DNA of 64,000 nucleotides from Paraspadella gotoi (Eukaryota; Animalia; Chaetognatha): assembly GCA_051294375.1 (NCBI GenBank), contig CM119267.1, positions 4,438,630-4,502,629 on the forward strand, read 5' to 3'. The notes beneath the pieces are model-generated. The model had not been told where the DNA came from, ran no database searches, and saw only the letters and a program-made list of their open reading frames with translations. Positions 28,136 to 42,900 of the stretch are shown here, piece after piece (the stretch's first letter is position 1; each line of letters begins with the position of its first letter). The position numbers and the translations under genes are program-made.

Positions 28136-31100
28136 CGTCCTCTTCTCTCTCTCTTCTCTCCTCAGACCAGTTCTTCACACATTCACTTTCTCGTGAAAAA
28201 ATCAACGGCTACAATCGTTTCTAAGAGGAAAAAAAACAAAAAAGAATAAAATTTAAAGCTGAAGAAAGAAAGAAAGAAAAAACTTAAAGATAAAGGAAGG
28301 AGATGAAGAGATAAATGAAGAAAAAATTAGTCAACGAAACTAATCTGTTTTTCCCCATTTTTTAAATTGCGAAATTGAGGAGGAGAGAGGCGAGGAGAAT
28401 AGAGGGACACAAAGACAAAGGAAGGGGGAAGGTACAATCGCACACCATTTAGCCACATAGCGCACTCATACTCTCCTTGTGGCCAGTTGCAGGGGGCGCC
28501 TTGGAGGAAGGGATAACACGAGTAGGGTGGGAGGAAGAGAGAGGGCAGTATGGACGATGGTAGTATGGTAGGGGTCAAGTATCGTTAGGAGTTAAGAGAA
28601 AGAGAGGAGAGAGAGGACAGAGTAGATGCAGATAGAGAATGAAAGCGAGGAGATTGAGGTGAGAAGGAGCACGTGAGTAGGGGGAGATTGGAGAGTAGTA
28701 AGAAGATGAAATTAATTCTTAAAAGCAAAACACATTTGGCCACAGTTAGAGGATACTTCATTTTGAATTTGGTGTGAAAAAATTAAAATTTCTTTTAATA
28801 AACATTAATACCTTTAATTTATTTTTTTTTTGTGCTCTTCTTGTGTGTGGAAGGTTGGGTGTGTAGGTTTGTGTTATCCATTTAGCAATCTTATAAACTA
28901 CTTTTATGTTAAAATTTAGATTATCTTGTAGGGCTTGTTTGCTAATTGGTCAAAACAAGTTTGTTTGATTTAGAACTTACGAAGAGAATAATTTAAAACC
29001 ACATCCATTTTCTAAAATTTAAAAAATACTGGCACACATTTATAATTTTTGGCAACTCATGGAGGGATTTTACACAAACAAAATCAAATACTATCACCTA
29101 TTATATCTGGTAACTTGTTTTTTTCTAAGTTAAACATTTTAGTAGCATTTGTGCTTTGACTTCAAATCTTTCTATAAATAAGAGGATTGGATAGGATTTG
29201 GGGTAATATTATCGGGATTTCTGCGCAGCCACGAATAATTGAGAGAGGGGTTTCTCGAGAAGGGTATTCTTAATACCCTAAATTCCTTCATACTTAATAT
29301 CACTGTAACAATATTATTACCCCTTTAAATATTTAATCGCTGTTCGTCGAGGCGATGCCTGTGGCTGCGATGGTAGCGTTTTGGCAACACTGGCGGCGGC
29401 TGCCGTGGCGGCGGCGGGCGGACGAACGACGCGCGGCAAAGTTCGCTCGCTCGTACACAAGCGATATTTCCCCGGTTCTCCATATAAGTCATCTTAGCGG
29501 TGTTCGACAGAATTTTTGGTATTTTCGTTGGTGTTTTCGCGTTTCCTTTTCCCGCATTATAAGGTCAGTCTCCTACCCCTTTGTTCTCCAACTTCCTACA
29601 TGCGATGTCTCTGTCACCTTCCATCTCTTCCTATTACTTTCACTTATTTTTCTTTTTTCTTTTCCGATTTTTTTTCTTTTCATTTCCATTTCGTTTACAG
29701 TCTTGTTCGCTCTCTCTCATTTTCGTTGTTCTCTTCTCCTCCGGAAAACTTGGTGAGGTCACCCTAGTATTCCAGCTTCTTTCACCTTTTTTATCGCTTC
29801 TACTATCTTCTTCCTTCTGTCTTTTTCTCCGGGTCATTCACACCCACCCTTTTCTTCTTATTCCCTCTTCCACCATTCCCTTTCTCCTCCCCTAATATTT
29901 ACTTACCTTTTCTTTATCTTAACTCCTATTCATCTTTCCGTCATTTTTCTCATCTCCCTAGTCTTCCTCGTATACTCGTTTCGTGAATCTTCAAACACTT
30001 TGGTTCTCTCTTTCAATTCATCAATATTTATCCATTCAAAGAAAAATTTCACCCATCCCGTGGTCCAATCCAGGCATTCAGTGCTTGTCCAGTGGGACAT
30101 CATCAACCTAAACGATAAGCTTTGTCCATAGACCTCCTTTCCGTCAATCCGACCGCCACAGTGACTTCACTCCAAGGTCTCTCCAAGACACCGAACGCTG
30201 CATCCTAGAATCTCCCTTGCATTTTTTTATTAAAACATTCCTCACCAGCGATTAAAAACGAAATTCCTTATTCGCCCTATCTTATTAGAACTCCCGGCTT
30301 GTCCGACTTTGCTTTTACCCCTGCCTAAGGATGTCTGCCAGTCCAAAGACAGACCAACCGCTTCCAATTTTGTCTAAAACTATGATGCAACTCTCCCACT
30401 CTCCCCTACACATCCTCTGTCTCCCACACGTTTTCCAATTAAGTCTCCAGCCTCCTCCCACCTTCCTCCTTCTAATGGTCCTCCCATCCCACTTCCTCAC
30501 AACCCTCCGTTTCTTCTCCATATTCCTCCCTTCACTTCTCCCTTTATTTCTTTTCGCGTGTAGCAGCTTTAGACCCGGGTGCATGCCTGGCGACCCTTCC
30601 GGCGACCTTCGCCGTTCGATTCCGGAGACCCTCTTCCGGCAAAAACCCGGCCGCCGAGGAATTACGCCGCCCGACCTTTTCCAATTTAATAATCAGTGAA
30701 ATATCGGGTTCGCGGCGCCGCCGGTTTTTTGTGTTTTTAGGCGGAAACGAAAATTCTTCCGCATGAGGGGCCTTCCCGCCCGTTCAATAATTTTATTTGG
30801 AAAGATTTTAGAAAATAAAATATAAATCTAATTTCTTCCTCTTAAAATCTGATTGCCGAACGTTTATTATTTCGACAACCATGTTAGTGTTTTAACAGCT
30901 CTTAATTAATTTCATTAATAAGGAATTTGAACTATTACAATAAATACTGGAAGTATTAATATCATCTATCTGTCTCGGGATAATTACAGGACCAAAAATA
31001 AAGTTCTATTTAAACCCTGAACGGGACTACCCAAAGTTACAATCGTGTTTCTTGCCTCTTCCGTCTTCCCGACCTCTTCTATCGCCACAAGGGAATTTGA

Positions 31101-34100
31101 AAAGGTCTTCGACTTCCTCGACTTCAATTTCTTCCATTGACGGTTTCTCGGGCTCGCGACCTTCGCCAGCGTCCGACAGACACCTTTTTCAATTTCGGTT
31201 GTTACTCGAGGACGCCGGTCGCGAGCTGTCTAACACTAGGGCTTCTCGACCCGCGCCGCGGTCGATCTTGACACTTCCAGGCCACTGCACCCCCAGCACG
31301 CCGCCCGTGCCCTCCCTACCACTAACTCCCCCGCCGACCCGTGTACCGCCTCCAACAAACGGACATGGCACTGGACGGGTCGAACTCTGGCAGTCGGACG
31401 ATGGGTGGGGGCCATCCCAAAAACAAACCCGATCAAAAAGATGCCCAAAAGTCCGAAATCGCGTGTTTTGGTGTACCAAGCGTTCCAGATATTAAAAACG
31501 CGTTGCCTGTGTATATATTCGAAGCCGCGAACCTGTCCACACGCCTATATTAATCCACTCGTCATCTTCGTCCAAGAACTGCCTTTTAATAATCTCTTCT
31601 TGGTTTTTTTGTGTGTGGGTGCTTGGTTGGTTCTTGTTTTTATTTTTTTCTTTTCTTTATTTAAGAAGCACCATGATAAATTGAGGGGAGAGAGGAAGCA
31701 GAAAAGTATATATCTGATGGGATAAAATTTATGGATTTTAAAAAGAAAGGGCTAGAGGATTCGTTAGAATGGGAGCTATGTTATATCCGATTATCTGATT
31801 ATTTCCGAATGGGAGATGCATATATAGCTTGGATAACTGACGACGTTTAGGATTAAGACCCCCAGAGAGAGAGCATCGGTGTGCCAGTGTGTAGCACATT
31901 GCATACTCTACTCATATAGCCCTTTAATGTTCGGGACGTAATGAGAATCTGCTTGTTCATTCACGTTTTCCAACATGAAAATACACGACATACCGTCTTT
32001 CCTTTCGCTCCTCTTCTTCCTCTTCCTTCTTTCTCAATTTCTCCTGTCACTTTCTCTTCCCACGTCACGACTCCTAGACAAGAAAACTTCTGTTTTTAAC
32101 GAATTTATTCTCATGCGGTGAGATAGTTTTGATAACCTGTGTCAGAGAGATAACTTATTATGAGTCGGATCAATTATTCTCCCCTCTTGTGGTCATTCTA
32201 TTTGGATTTCTGTTATTACGCAGCGCTCCTCTCCTAAAGCTCCAACCAACTGCATATCTTAAGTCCCCCCTCTTTCTCGCTGGGAGCTTACCGGGTGCGC
32301 GCAAGGGTGAAGCGTGGTTGGCGGCGTTATATACGTTGCCGAATTGAAAATAGTTCGGAGTAAAGCAAAGCGGAGTGCGAGGGATAAACACTTGTTAATT
32401 ATAATCTATTATTCTTGTATGAAGATTGTTACCTTTCCTATTCAGATTTCTTTGCTGACTTCGCCTTGCGGATTAGGACTTTGGATTATCTGAGAAATTT
32501 TTTTAATTAAAGTTTACTAGGAATATTTAAAATAATATTTAATTAGTCTTACTCTTTAAATATATATCTCACAAATTACTTAATCAAGATTTATCTTTAG
32601 AAATATTTTTAATCAATTCTAAGAAATCGGAAAGAGAACGGAAAGAAATTCTTCAATGTTTTGAGGATTCTCGTAGCTGTGGTGTTTCGGTCGCGGTGAT
32701 TCTACGTCTACTCGCTTGCTCTACTGGGATATTCGTCCGGCGTGTCACCGATCTCTTTAGATCGGGTCTCGGAAATACGAGAGGAATGGGGAATAGATAG
32801 GGGGATGGGATTAGTCAGAGGAATTGGTACTTATGACGTCGTCAAATACTGGAATTACAGACGTCATGTCGGAAATATCTCGTCGAGGAAATTGGCATTT
32901 AGTCGGTAGAGTGGCTGCAATCTGTGTGGTAAGAAAGATACAGGTATAGTGAAGATTAGAAATTGTTTGGCGTCGGTCTGTGCGCTCTGCAGTCATCGAG
33001 GTCTTCGTAAGTGTCCGGTTACAGTGTTTAGAGTTGTTTCGGATAGTTAGTGGTAGTTCATCTCGTGTGATAATGTCGAGGATTCCATTCAGTGAGTTGT
33101 AAGTGGGGATTGTGGATAGGCACGATTGTGTGTTTATATCTGTGTTGCGTTAGAAACATTTATGGTAAGGATATGTGCAATGATTTATATTTGAGAGGTA
33201 GTATTGTGTGGTGTGCCTACTTCACTTGATGTCGCAAATCGGAGTCTAGGACTTCAGGTCTGAGGTACGGAAGAGAGAGTTGAAGTGAAAGCTAGGAAAC
33301 AATAGAAAAAAAGGAATATAACAAAGAAGAGAGGAATAAGAATTAAGAAGAGAAAGGAAAAATGAGGAAGTATGATTAAGGAAATGTCGGGCTGAAGATA
33401 CCAGACTGAAAAGTGTTCGCAGAGTAAATTTGCATTTGGACGTGATTAGGATAATTTTAGTTTGACACGTAATGGTGGATACTTGATGGCAGAGGTGAAT
33501 TGGGAATAGGGAGAGGCACACTCTTATTTACAAATTGCGAATAATACAATTATTGAGCTATAAGAACTTAACCGTCAATTGGAAAAGGAGAGGAACTAGA
33601 GATTAAGAGCCCACGCCAATTTGGGCAACTTACCTGGATTGATGAGGCCTTAGGAGCGTTAGATATTATTTTTTTATATAGAGTATATTAATTTCGGGGA
33701 ATGATTATTACCACACTAATGTTCGACGGGCGTCGGAGGAATAGCCTGTTGTTTTCTGGAGGATGTGTACTCGGTTAACGATATCTCTCAACGTTTTGCA
33801 CGGATGGAATAAGGGAGGGAGGTGGATTGGATACTTTAAAGAGATGTGTGAATGGGATTAGGAGTATACGAAAAGATGCATGACGTGAAAAACTCTAGGT
33901 CGACCTTCTTTAATGAAATTGTAATATTCAGAAGTTTAGATGATGAATTAAAACAAAGGACGATTGGATGAGTGAGAAGATATGGTAAATATGAGATGCG
34001 AAAAGTTTTCGTGGAGAGGAGAGGTGACAAAGTTTTTAACAGTATTAGTGAGATAGAGTCGTGTGTAGAAGTGAATTAAGTTACCCAAATTCTTCATTTA

Positions 34101-37100
34101 ATCTGTAAAAGATTCAGTTGTTTAGAGTAGAATTGTTATTAAAATAAGATTTATAAGAGCCACGGATATAGATGTTCCACGAAGTGCTATACGAGGGAGA
34201 GTGTTCTGTAGATCACCTGTGGAGTGATGCGCCGACCACGAATTAGGAGTTGAGCGGAAATTATGAGTGAAGGTAGATCAGGGTAAAATTAGTGAGAGAC
34301 GTGAACAGAACACACAGAGGGAATTGTCATAATTTAGAGGAGTAGTGAATGGCATATTAGATACAGCTAAGTTTAGATTTCACGGCACTTTGTGTGTGGA
34401 CGAAACATGAGTAGAGAGAGAATTTGCGAATTATGAGATGATTATTATGAAAGATTCAGTGAGGGTGTCGGAGGCAGCTTTAGCTGCTTTATGTGGAATA
34501 ATAGTTGTGTGTATTTAAAAAATGTTGGGAATAACAGGATCTTGTTGTGTTTTGTTTAATTTTGAGTTTAATTTAGTTTGTACTCATTATGTATATTTAT
34601 GCGTCACATATGGGGCGAAGAGAAGAGAGAAAAGCGAGAAAAATATGATGAGGGAGTAAAAAAAACTTGTAGGAGTAAATTAAACGGGGTTGTTAGTCAG
34701 GATGGGGACGTAAAATTATTCAGACTAATTTGTTATTATTTTATTTAATATGAGAGTATGAGAGACGATGATTCTTCGGGGTCGAGGTGTCATCTCATCA
34801 GAAAACAAAAGTGCCCAAGAGGAATGAAGAAACGCATTCCCGCGAACGCGAGGTGATGAGGAGAGGGAGGAGTAGTTTGGGCTGTTGAAGTGGAGGAGGT
34901 GCAATGTTGCCATGAGAGGGATTGATGAGAATGATGAGAGAGTATGTTGGTGGGAGTTGAGTTATTTCGGTAGGGAGAGATGAGACAATGGAGAGAAGAG
35001 AGAGAAGCGAGGGGTAGAGACAAAATCACATCCCTGTATTTCAGGTAAAATTTATTTGTACCAACGTAATTCGATAAACAAGGAACGGGTAAATTATCAT
35101 ACCTTATTTGAATTCGATCATATCAGTAGAGTGTCTAAAGAGAAGTTCGTAACAGAATCGAATGAGAACACATAATACTTGCTATCACATCACGAGAAGA
35201 GAAGTAGGTGCATCTTCGTAACATAGTAGGACTAGTCAATGAAAACGATTCCCGGCTTGCGGGGCCAAGAGACCGTTATAATTCGTGCGTTAAACTACTT
35301 TACGACGTTATGGTCTTTGTAAGATATACGGTTGTAGGTACAGTTTGAAGTGCTGGTGTTAATGAAAGGTTATGAACTATAGACGAAAGGTAGTCGAGGG
35401 TTGTCTCATGGCATGTAGAACCGGCGCTTTCGAAGATATCTTACCTATTCTAATACTTGGAGTCTACTCGAGGACATGAACAGGTTTTAGTGATTACCAA
35501 AAAACCATACATTCGTTCTAAACCATAAGGTACAGCCCCACTGATGGGTAGTGTTAAGAACCAAATGCGGGGAATCAGTCTGTATAGCACTCTCTGAAAC
35601 ACGAATCGAAATTCAATTTTTATTGGGATTCGGCCGGGACTTCTGGATTGGTTATAAAATCTTAAGACACACCCTCCACGCGGCGCGCGCGCGCGCCACT
35701 CGTCTAGAGGAATAAATCTCTCTAAAATTCACTCTCCGAAACCACTTCCTATATACCCCTCTCCAACGCGGCGCGAATATCCCAGAAAAACGACGGTCCT
35801 CATCTTGCAAACCGGTACCACAAGGCGATTTCTTTTCTTCGGATCAAGTTTCATCTAGATTTACAAATCAATGTTGCTTTTCGTTATTTGTTTTTTAATT
35901 TTTTCAGAAAATTACTAGGATTAATCGATAGCTTTCGCAATTTCATCCTAGAATGCCCCACCTTTACCTGCCACGTGGGCATTCCTTCAGTTGTTTTTCA
36001 ATTAAAAATTAACGCACAAAATAATAGAACTCATGAATAATGCCACGTTAATACTCTCAATAAAACACTCCTTTTTTTTTTTTGCTCTCGACGACGGACA
36101 GATGAGTAAACCGCAATTTACTACCACTCCATGCTCGTAGGTTCACCGCTCCACCCAAGACGGAAACTGTCGGTCGTCGTCTCGTCGTCCCCGTTCAAAA
36201 ACGAGCCCGCGCCCCATCTTGGTTTTCACGCTTCATTGATGACAGCGCCCTCACATCATGGTACTGGACTCGTTTTGAGGGCGCTGGGAGCGGTTTTTCG
36301 GGGTCGGTCGTCGGTCGTAGTCCATACTGACTCATGTTATTCAAATATTACAATATAATTGCATTTACTCACCCTGGGCCTTGAGGGACAGACGGACTGT
36401 GGCTTATATTTCTTCTCCTGTTGTCTAGGAGATTCAATCTTTTGAGACACAGCGTTTAGAAACAGGGCTTTTAAGAAACAGGGATATTCATCAGGACACA
36501 ATCTGGAGCAAAAAATTTCGGGAAAGGTCACCGAAATATTCATCCACAATAATCTTATGGGAGAATAATTTAAAACTTGAAGGTTATTTCATGGAGATAC
36601 AGGGGTTTTCTGGTTATCTGGCTGGGATTTGAATGTGGCTGTCTGGGCAGGGATTATACCATCATTATCTCAAGATGCTTTAAATCTCGTCATAATTTAT
36701 CGGTCGCGGTTGGACTAATGAGTATTTTAGTTATCCTAAAAAATATCTTGTTGAAAATCAAATAAACGGGACTCGCGGAGAGAAATGGGAAAAGTATAGC
36801 ATAATATAAAAAACAAATGATCTTCGACAAGAGTTGGTTGCACCATTTAATTAATACGTTGGGATTTATAAATAATTCGGGGTTAAAAGAGACACAACAA
36901 AATTTAAGCTTGTGTACTATAAGTTAACAAAGCGACCGCACATGAAAATTGCATATTAAATTAAGCAGAAGAAAAAATAAGAAAAAAATACCATAATTGA
37001 GCAAAAAAGATAGAAGAATATATTGGATATACGTATTGAAGGAATAAGTAATAATAGAATATATAAGAAAAATGAATAGTATGAATTTGACAATAATCTC

Positions 37101-39220
37101 TCCGGTTTATACTGCCTGTTCGGTCTCTTAATAACTTCACACGATTGTACGCTCTAGTGCTTAGACGGGAAGATCTTTCTTATCTATTACATTTTTTTTA
37201 ACACAGGGATACCCGTCCTTATCTGACCACCAAAATCGGGGTCTTACTCCCACAAAAACACAAATAACTTTAAAAGACGGTTAAACTCAGTTTAAATTCT
37301 TAATTTTTTTTCTTTAAATTTATTTATTTCTTTTTTCCTTATAATACCAACGGTATGACATAGGGTGTTGACATGCTCTACCTGTACCTTCCGTTCTCCT
37401 TGTTGTATCGGTCTCGGCTCAGAACCGTGCCGCGTCTCGACCTCGCGAAAAGCAGCGATATATAGGGACACGCGGAGAGTGGACGAAGGCCGCTTACACG
37501 TCGAGATGGCGCACGAGTACGAGGAATCCGGGGAACTCCGGCGGCTTGCGGGACCACTGGAAAGAAGCGGGGCGAATACTTTCGAGCAATACCCTCAAAA
37601 ATGAATCTTCGGCTAAGGCGTTGTTTAGACCAAGTTATGCGTGGCTAATGTCATGCGAGGCGCGAAAAGTACTGCGCCGAGGCGGAGACACGTTGCAAGA
37701 AGTCGCGCCGCACCTCCTCGGAACCAAAAGGGGTGGAAAATGCGAAACAGGAACTGTTGCCGTGTGCGCGATTACGACGGGAACTTCGGAGACGAGGTGA
37801 GGGCGGATCATGCGCGATAAGCACGGAACTTTACGATCATATCGAGTCTGCCGAGAGCCGAGCGGGTAGAGACGCGAGATACGTTTGTTTGAGCGTCCAC
37901 AGTCGGTATTCTGCTGACACCATTCGGGTTCGGTCGGGGTAGCCGTGACTTGATTCCGCCGTCTGGCGGCCGGTTATATTGAGAAAATACCTCATGGATC
38001 AATGGATGAAAATTCGGGGAAATTGATTAGTGGCAAACGGAAGTGCGTAGTCTCAGGCGGCTTCATTTCACTGGTCCTCAGAGTGGAAGACCAGATCTGC
38101 AAAGCTCCATGTCATTTTGGTTGATTCTATTCTTTATATGCGGCGCATTGTAATTTGTATATATTCATCCTTAAAGGCCACTACGAGAGGGATTTTTTTT
38201 GCTATATAAAATGCCAATGTAAGTTAATACAATTGGTATCCGGGAATTTTAATAGGAGGCTGGGACCAGTTAGCGAAAAGGCGGGCAATTATGTGGATCC
38301 ATTCAATTTAACGTTTTTTTGGAGAATATGATGGCAAAAGATAAGTGGTTTCTCGTATATTTAAAAAAATATTTAGTCACGTACATCCACCATAAAACAT
38401 GGTTAAATCTAACTATTCGGAAACGAAAATCATCCAAAGAATGGGCGCAAACCCTCTTTGCCCCGCAATCGGAGCACTCTTACTTATTTTTTACGATCAA
38501 CCAAATATTAATTCGGCGCTTCACAGGACGATAGAAGAGACGGTCGTTTATTCACCAAAAATCAACTGCTCTGTCTCGAACTCTCGACGATACAGGTATC
38601 CGGGGGGAAAAAGTCTGTTATATACAGTTGTATCACTTGGCGAATTGGGCCAAAATGCGAGAGATTGAACGACAGGTGAAAAAGCGAAAAGAGGAAAAGT
38701 GGTCGAAAAATATTTGCCTTTTCAGCGGTACACGCATTAATTATGATTGGAAATTATGTCTTTCAACACTTGTATGCAGGATTTGGGGAATTGTTCTATA
38801 CACAATGGAAAAGTTTAAAAATCGGTAAATGGTAGAAATTTATTGACATTTCCTAAAAATTCTTTTTGAAGATTTCTGTAATAACTAAGTAAAGGTTTGT
38901 GTCGAAATGATTTCTGTGGTCTTGCCCTCTTTTGATTTTACATTAATACTGATCACTCTAAGAATACATAATATCTTCGTTGGGAGATAAACCAAGCTTT
39001 CTTCTCTGCGTAATATTAATTGGGAATCTTCACATTGCAGTTTAACAACTCGTAATGCAGTATATGAAACAAAGGGCTAAGTTTTATAAAATTAAATTTA
39101 CGAGCGATGACCGCAAATCAAACGGAATTTTACAGATTTAAAATCAAACGCCGAAAATATTAAAAATATTACAATAAAGATAAAGCAAAATACCGGAGAA
39201 CTCGAGGCGAGTGAATATCC
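27450..39220 (+). repeat. copy A of an 11.8-kb tandem duplication
   Basis: Every ORF from 28327 to 38828 recurs with identical translation at +11798. Starts ggaaaagtcgtcttcgg and ends gagtgaatatcc before the 25-N gap 39221-39245. Confidence 0.98.
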
Positions 39221-39245
39221 NNNNNNNNNNNNNNNNNNNNNNNNN
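39221..39245. other. 25-N placeholder gap (also 15236-15260, 20762-20786, 51019-51043, 58206-58230)
   Basis: All five gaps are exactly 25 N, and each sits at the edge of, or inside, a duplicated block. Confidence 0.95.
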
Positions 39246-39882
39246 GGAAAAGTCGTCTTCGGTTTTGTCGTCGTTTTCGTTGTTGTTGTTGTTGTTGTTA
39301 TGGTTGTTGTTGAAAAAGGAACCATAGCGTCTAAAAAATATTAATCAGACAACTGGATATCTCCTATTCAGGACAATTAATGGAGAAAAATCTATCCTGA
39401 TTTAGACGCCCAAATTGTTTTTAAAACTGAATGAGATATTTTCGTATGGGTGGTAACAATTTTATACACACACAGGGTCTTAAAATAACGTTTAATTATA
39501 GTGCTTTAGCTACGATATAATATATAATAACGGAAGGTCTAATAATAGTAAAATACTAAATTTTATTCCCTTTTAGTTTCACTCTTTCGTTTTGATTTGT
39601 GTTCTGTTTTCTTCTATCCAAGATGGCGACTCGAAGAACCTTAAAAGAAACAAAGGAGTCAAAGACGAAACGAAGTGCGAATACGTTTTGTTTTTCGTTG
39701 CGCCAGAAGAGGAAAGGGTCAAACCTATTCTGGCGTCTGAATCGCGTTGCCTTGGAAACGGAAACGCGGAAAAGAAAGAGAAAAGAGACAGAGAGAAAAG
39801 AAAGAAATTCAGTGGAGTGGAAGAAAGTTTTTCCTGCGAGTGAATAATAGGATTTCCCCGAGAAGTCTCGAGAAAACGAGGA

Positions 39883-39933
<51 letters not shown>

Positions 39934-42900
39934 CGTCCTCTTCTCTCTCTCTTCTCTCCTCAGACCAGTTCTTCACACATTCACTTTCTCGTGAAAAAAT
40001 CAACGGCTACAATCGTTTCTAAGAGGAAAAAAAACAAAAAAGAATAAAATTTAAAGCTGAAGAAAGAAAGAAAGAAAAAACTTAAAGATAAAGGAAGGAG
40101 ATGAAGAGATAAATGAAGAAAAAATTAGTCAACGAAACTAATCTGTTTTTCCCCATTTTTTAAATTGCGAAATTGAGGAGGAGAGAGGCGAGGAGAATAG
40201 AGGGACACAAAGACAAAGGAAGGGGGAAGGTACAATCGCACACCATTTAGCCACATAGCGCACTCATACTCTCCTTGTGGCCAGTTGCAGGGGGCGCCTT
40301 GGAGGAAGGGATAACACGAGTAGGGTGGGAGGAAGAGAGAGGGCAGTATGGACGATGGTAGTATGGTAGGGGTCAAGTATCGTTAGGAGTTAAGAGAAAG
40401 AGAGGAGAGAGAGGACAGAGTAGATGCAGATAGAGAATGAAAGCGAGGAGATTGAGGTGAGAAGGAGCACGTGAGTAGGGGGAGATTGGAGAGTAGTAAG
40501 AAGATGAAATTAATTCTTAAAAGCAAAACACATTTGGCCACAGTTAGAGGATACTTCATTTTGAATTTGGTGTGAAAAAATTAAAATTTCTTTTAATAAA
40601 CATTAATACCTTTAATTTATTTTTTTTTTGTGCTCTTCTTGTGTGTGGAAGGTTGGGTGTGTAGGTTTGTGTTATCCATTTAGCAATCTTATAAACTACT
40701 TTTATGTTAAAATTTAGATTATCTTGTAGGGCTTGTTTGCTAATTGGTCAAAACAAGTTTGTTTGATTTAGAACTTACGAAGAGAATAATTTAAAACCAC
40801 ATCCATTTTCTAAAATTTAAAAAATACTGGCACACATTTATAATTTTTGGCAACTCATGGAGGGATTTTACACAAACAAAATCAAATACTATCACCTATT
40901 ATATCTGGTAACTTGTTTTTTTCTAAGTTAAACATTTTAGTAGCATTTGTGCTTTGACTTCAAATCTTTCTATAAATAAGAGGATTGGATAGGATTTGGG
41001 GTAATATTATCGGGATTTCTGCGCAGCCACGAATAATTGAGAGAGGGGTTTCTCGAGAAGGGTATTCTTAATACCCTAAATTCCTTCATACTTAATATCA
41101 CTGTAACAATATTATTACCCCTTTAAATATTTAATCGCTGTTCGTCGAGGCGATGCCTGTGGCTGCGATGGTAGCGTTTTGGCAACACTGGCGGCGGCTG
41201 CCGTGGCGGCGGCGGGCGGACGAACGACGCGCGGCAAAGTTCGCTCGCTCGTACACAAGCGATATTTCCCCGGTTCTCCATATAAGTCATCTTAGCGGTG
41301 TTCGACAGAATTTTTGGTATTTTCGTTGGTGTTTTCGCGTTTCCTTTTCCCGCATTATAAGGTCAGTCTCCTACCCCTTTGTTCTCCAACTTCCTACATG
41401 CGATGTCTCTGTCACCTTCCATCTCTTCCTATTACTTTCACTTATTTTTCTTTTTTCTTTTCCGATTTTTTTTCTTTTCATTTCCATTTCGTTTACAGTC
41501 TTGTTCGCTCTCTCTCATTTTCGTTGTTCTCTTCTCCTCCGGAAAACTTGGTGAGGTCACCCTAGTATTCCAGCTTCTTTCACCTTTTTTATCGCTTCTA
41601 CTATCTTCTTCCTTCTGTCTTTTTCTCCGGGTCATTCACACCCACCCTTTTCTTCTTATTCCCTCTTCCACCATTCCCTTTCTCCTCCCCTAATATTTAC
41701 TTACCTTTTCTTTATCTTAACTCCTATTCATCTTTCCGTCATTTTTCTCATCTCCCTAGTCTTCCTCGTATACTCGTTTCGTGAATCTTCAAACACTTTG
41801 GTTCTCTCTTTCAATTCATCAATATTTATCCATTCAAAGAAAAATTTCACCCATCCCGTGGTCCAATCCAGGCATTCAGTGCTTGTCCAGTGGGACATCA
41901 TCAACCTAAACGATAAGCTTTGTCCATAGACCTCCTTTCCGTCAATCCGACCGCCACAGTGACTTCACTCCAAGGTCTCTCCAAGACACCGAACGCTGCA
42001 TCCTAGAATCTCCCTTGCATTTTTTTATTAAAACATTCCTCACCAGCGATTAAAAACGAAATTCCTTATTCGCCCTATCTTATTAGAACTCCCGGCTTGT
42101 CCGACTTTGCTTTTACCCCTGCCTAAGGATGTCTGCCAGTCCAAAGACAGACCAACCGCTTCCAATTTTGTCTAAAACTATGATGCAACTCTCCCACTCT
42201 CCCCTACACATCCTCTGTCTCCCACACGTTTTCCAATTAAGTCTCCAGCCTCCTCCCACCTTCCTCCTTCTAATGGTCCTCCCATCCCACTTCCTCACAA
42301 CCCTCCGTTTCTTCTCCATATTCCTCCCTTCACTTCTCCCTTTATTTCTTTTCGCGTGTAGCAGCTTTAGACCCGGGTGCATGCCTGGCGACCCTTCCGG
42401 CGACCTTCGCCGTTCGATTCCGGAGACCCTCTTCCGGCAAAAACCCGGCCGCCGAGGAATTACGCCGCCCGACCTTTTCCAATTTAATAATCAGTGAAAT
42501 ATCGGGTTCGCGGCGCCGCCGGTTTTTTGTGTTTTTAGGCGGAAACGAAAATTCTTCCGCATGAGGGGCCTTCCCGCCCGTTCAATAATTTTATTTGGAA
42601 AGATTTTAGAAAATAAAATATAAATCTAATTTCTTCCTCTTAAAATCTGATTGCCGAACGTTTATTATTTCGACAACCATGTTAGTGTTTTAACAGCTCT
42701 TAATTAATTTCATTAATAAGGAATTTGAACTATTACAATAAATACTGGAAGTATTAATATCATCTATCTGTCTCGGGATAATTACAGGACCAAAAATAAA
42801 GTTCTATTTAAACCCTGAACGGGACTACCCAAAGTTACAATCGTGTTTCTTGCCTCTTCCGTCTTCCCGACCTCTTCTATCGCCACAAGGGAATTTGAAA

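Noticed and set aside
27817-28224. Plus-strand CDS starting at CAAG-ATG-GCG (MATR...)
   Set aside because: The two copies (27817 and ~39623) disagree in frame, the sequence is homopolymer-rich, it runs into a CT microsatellite, and no protein is recognised.
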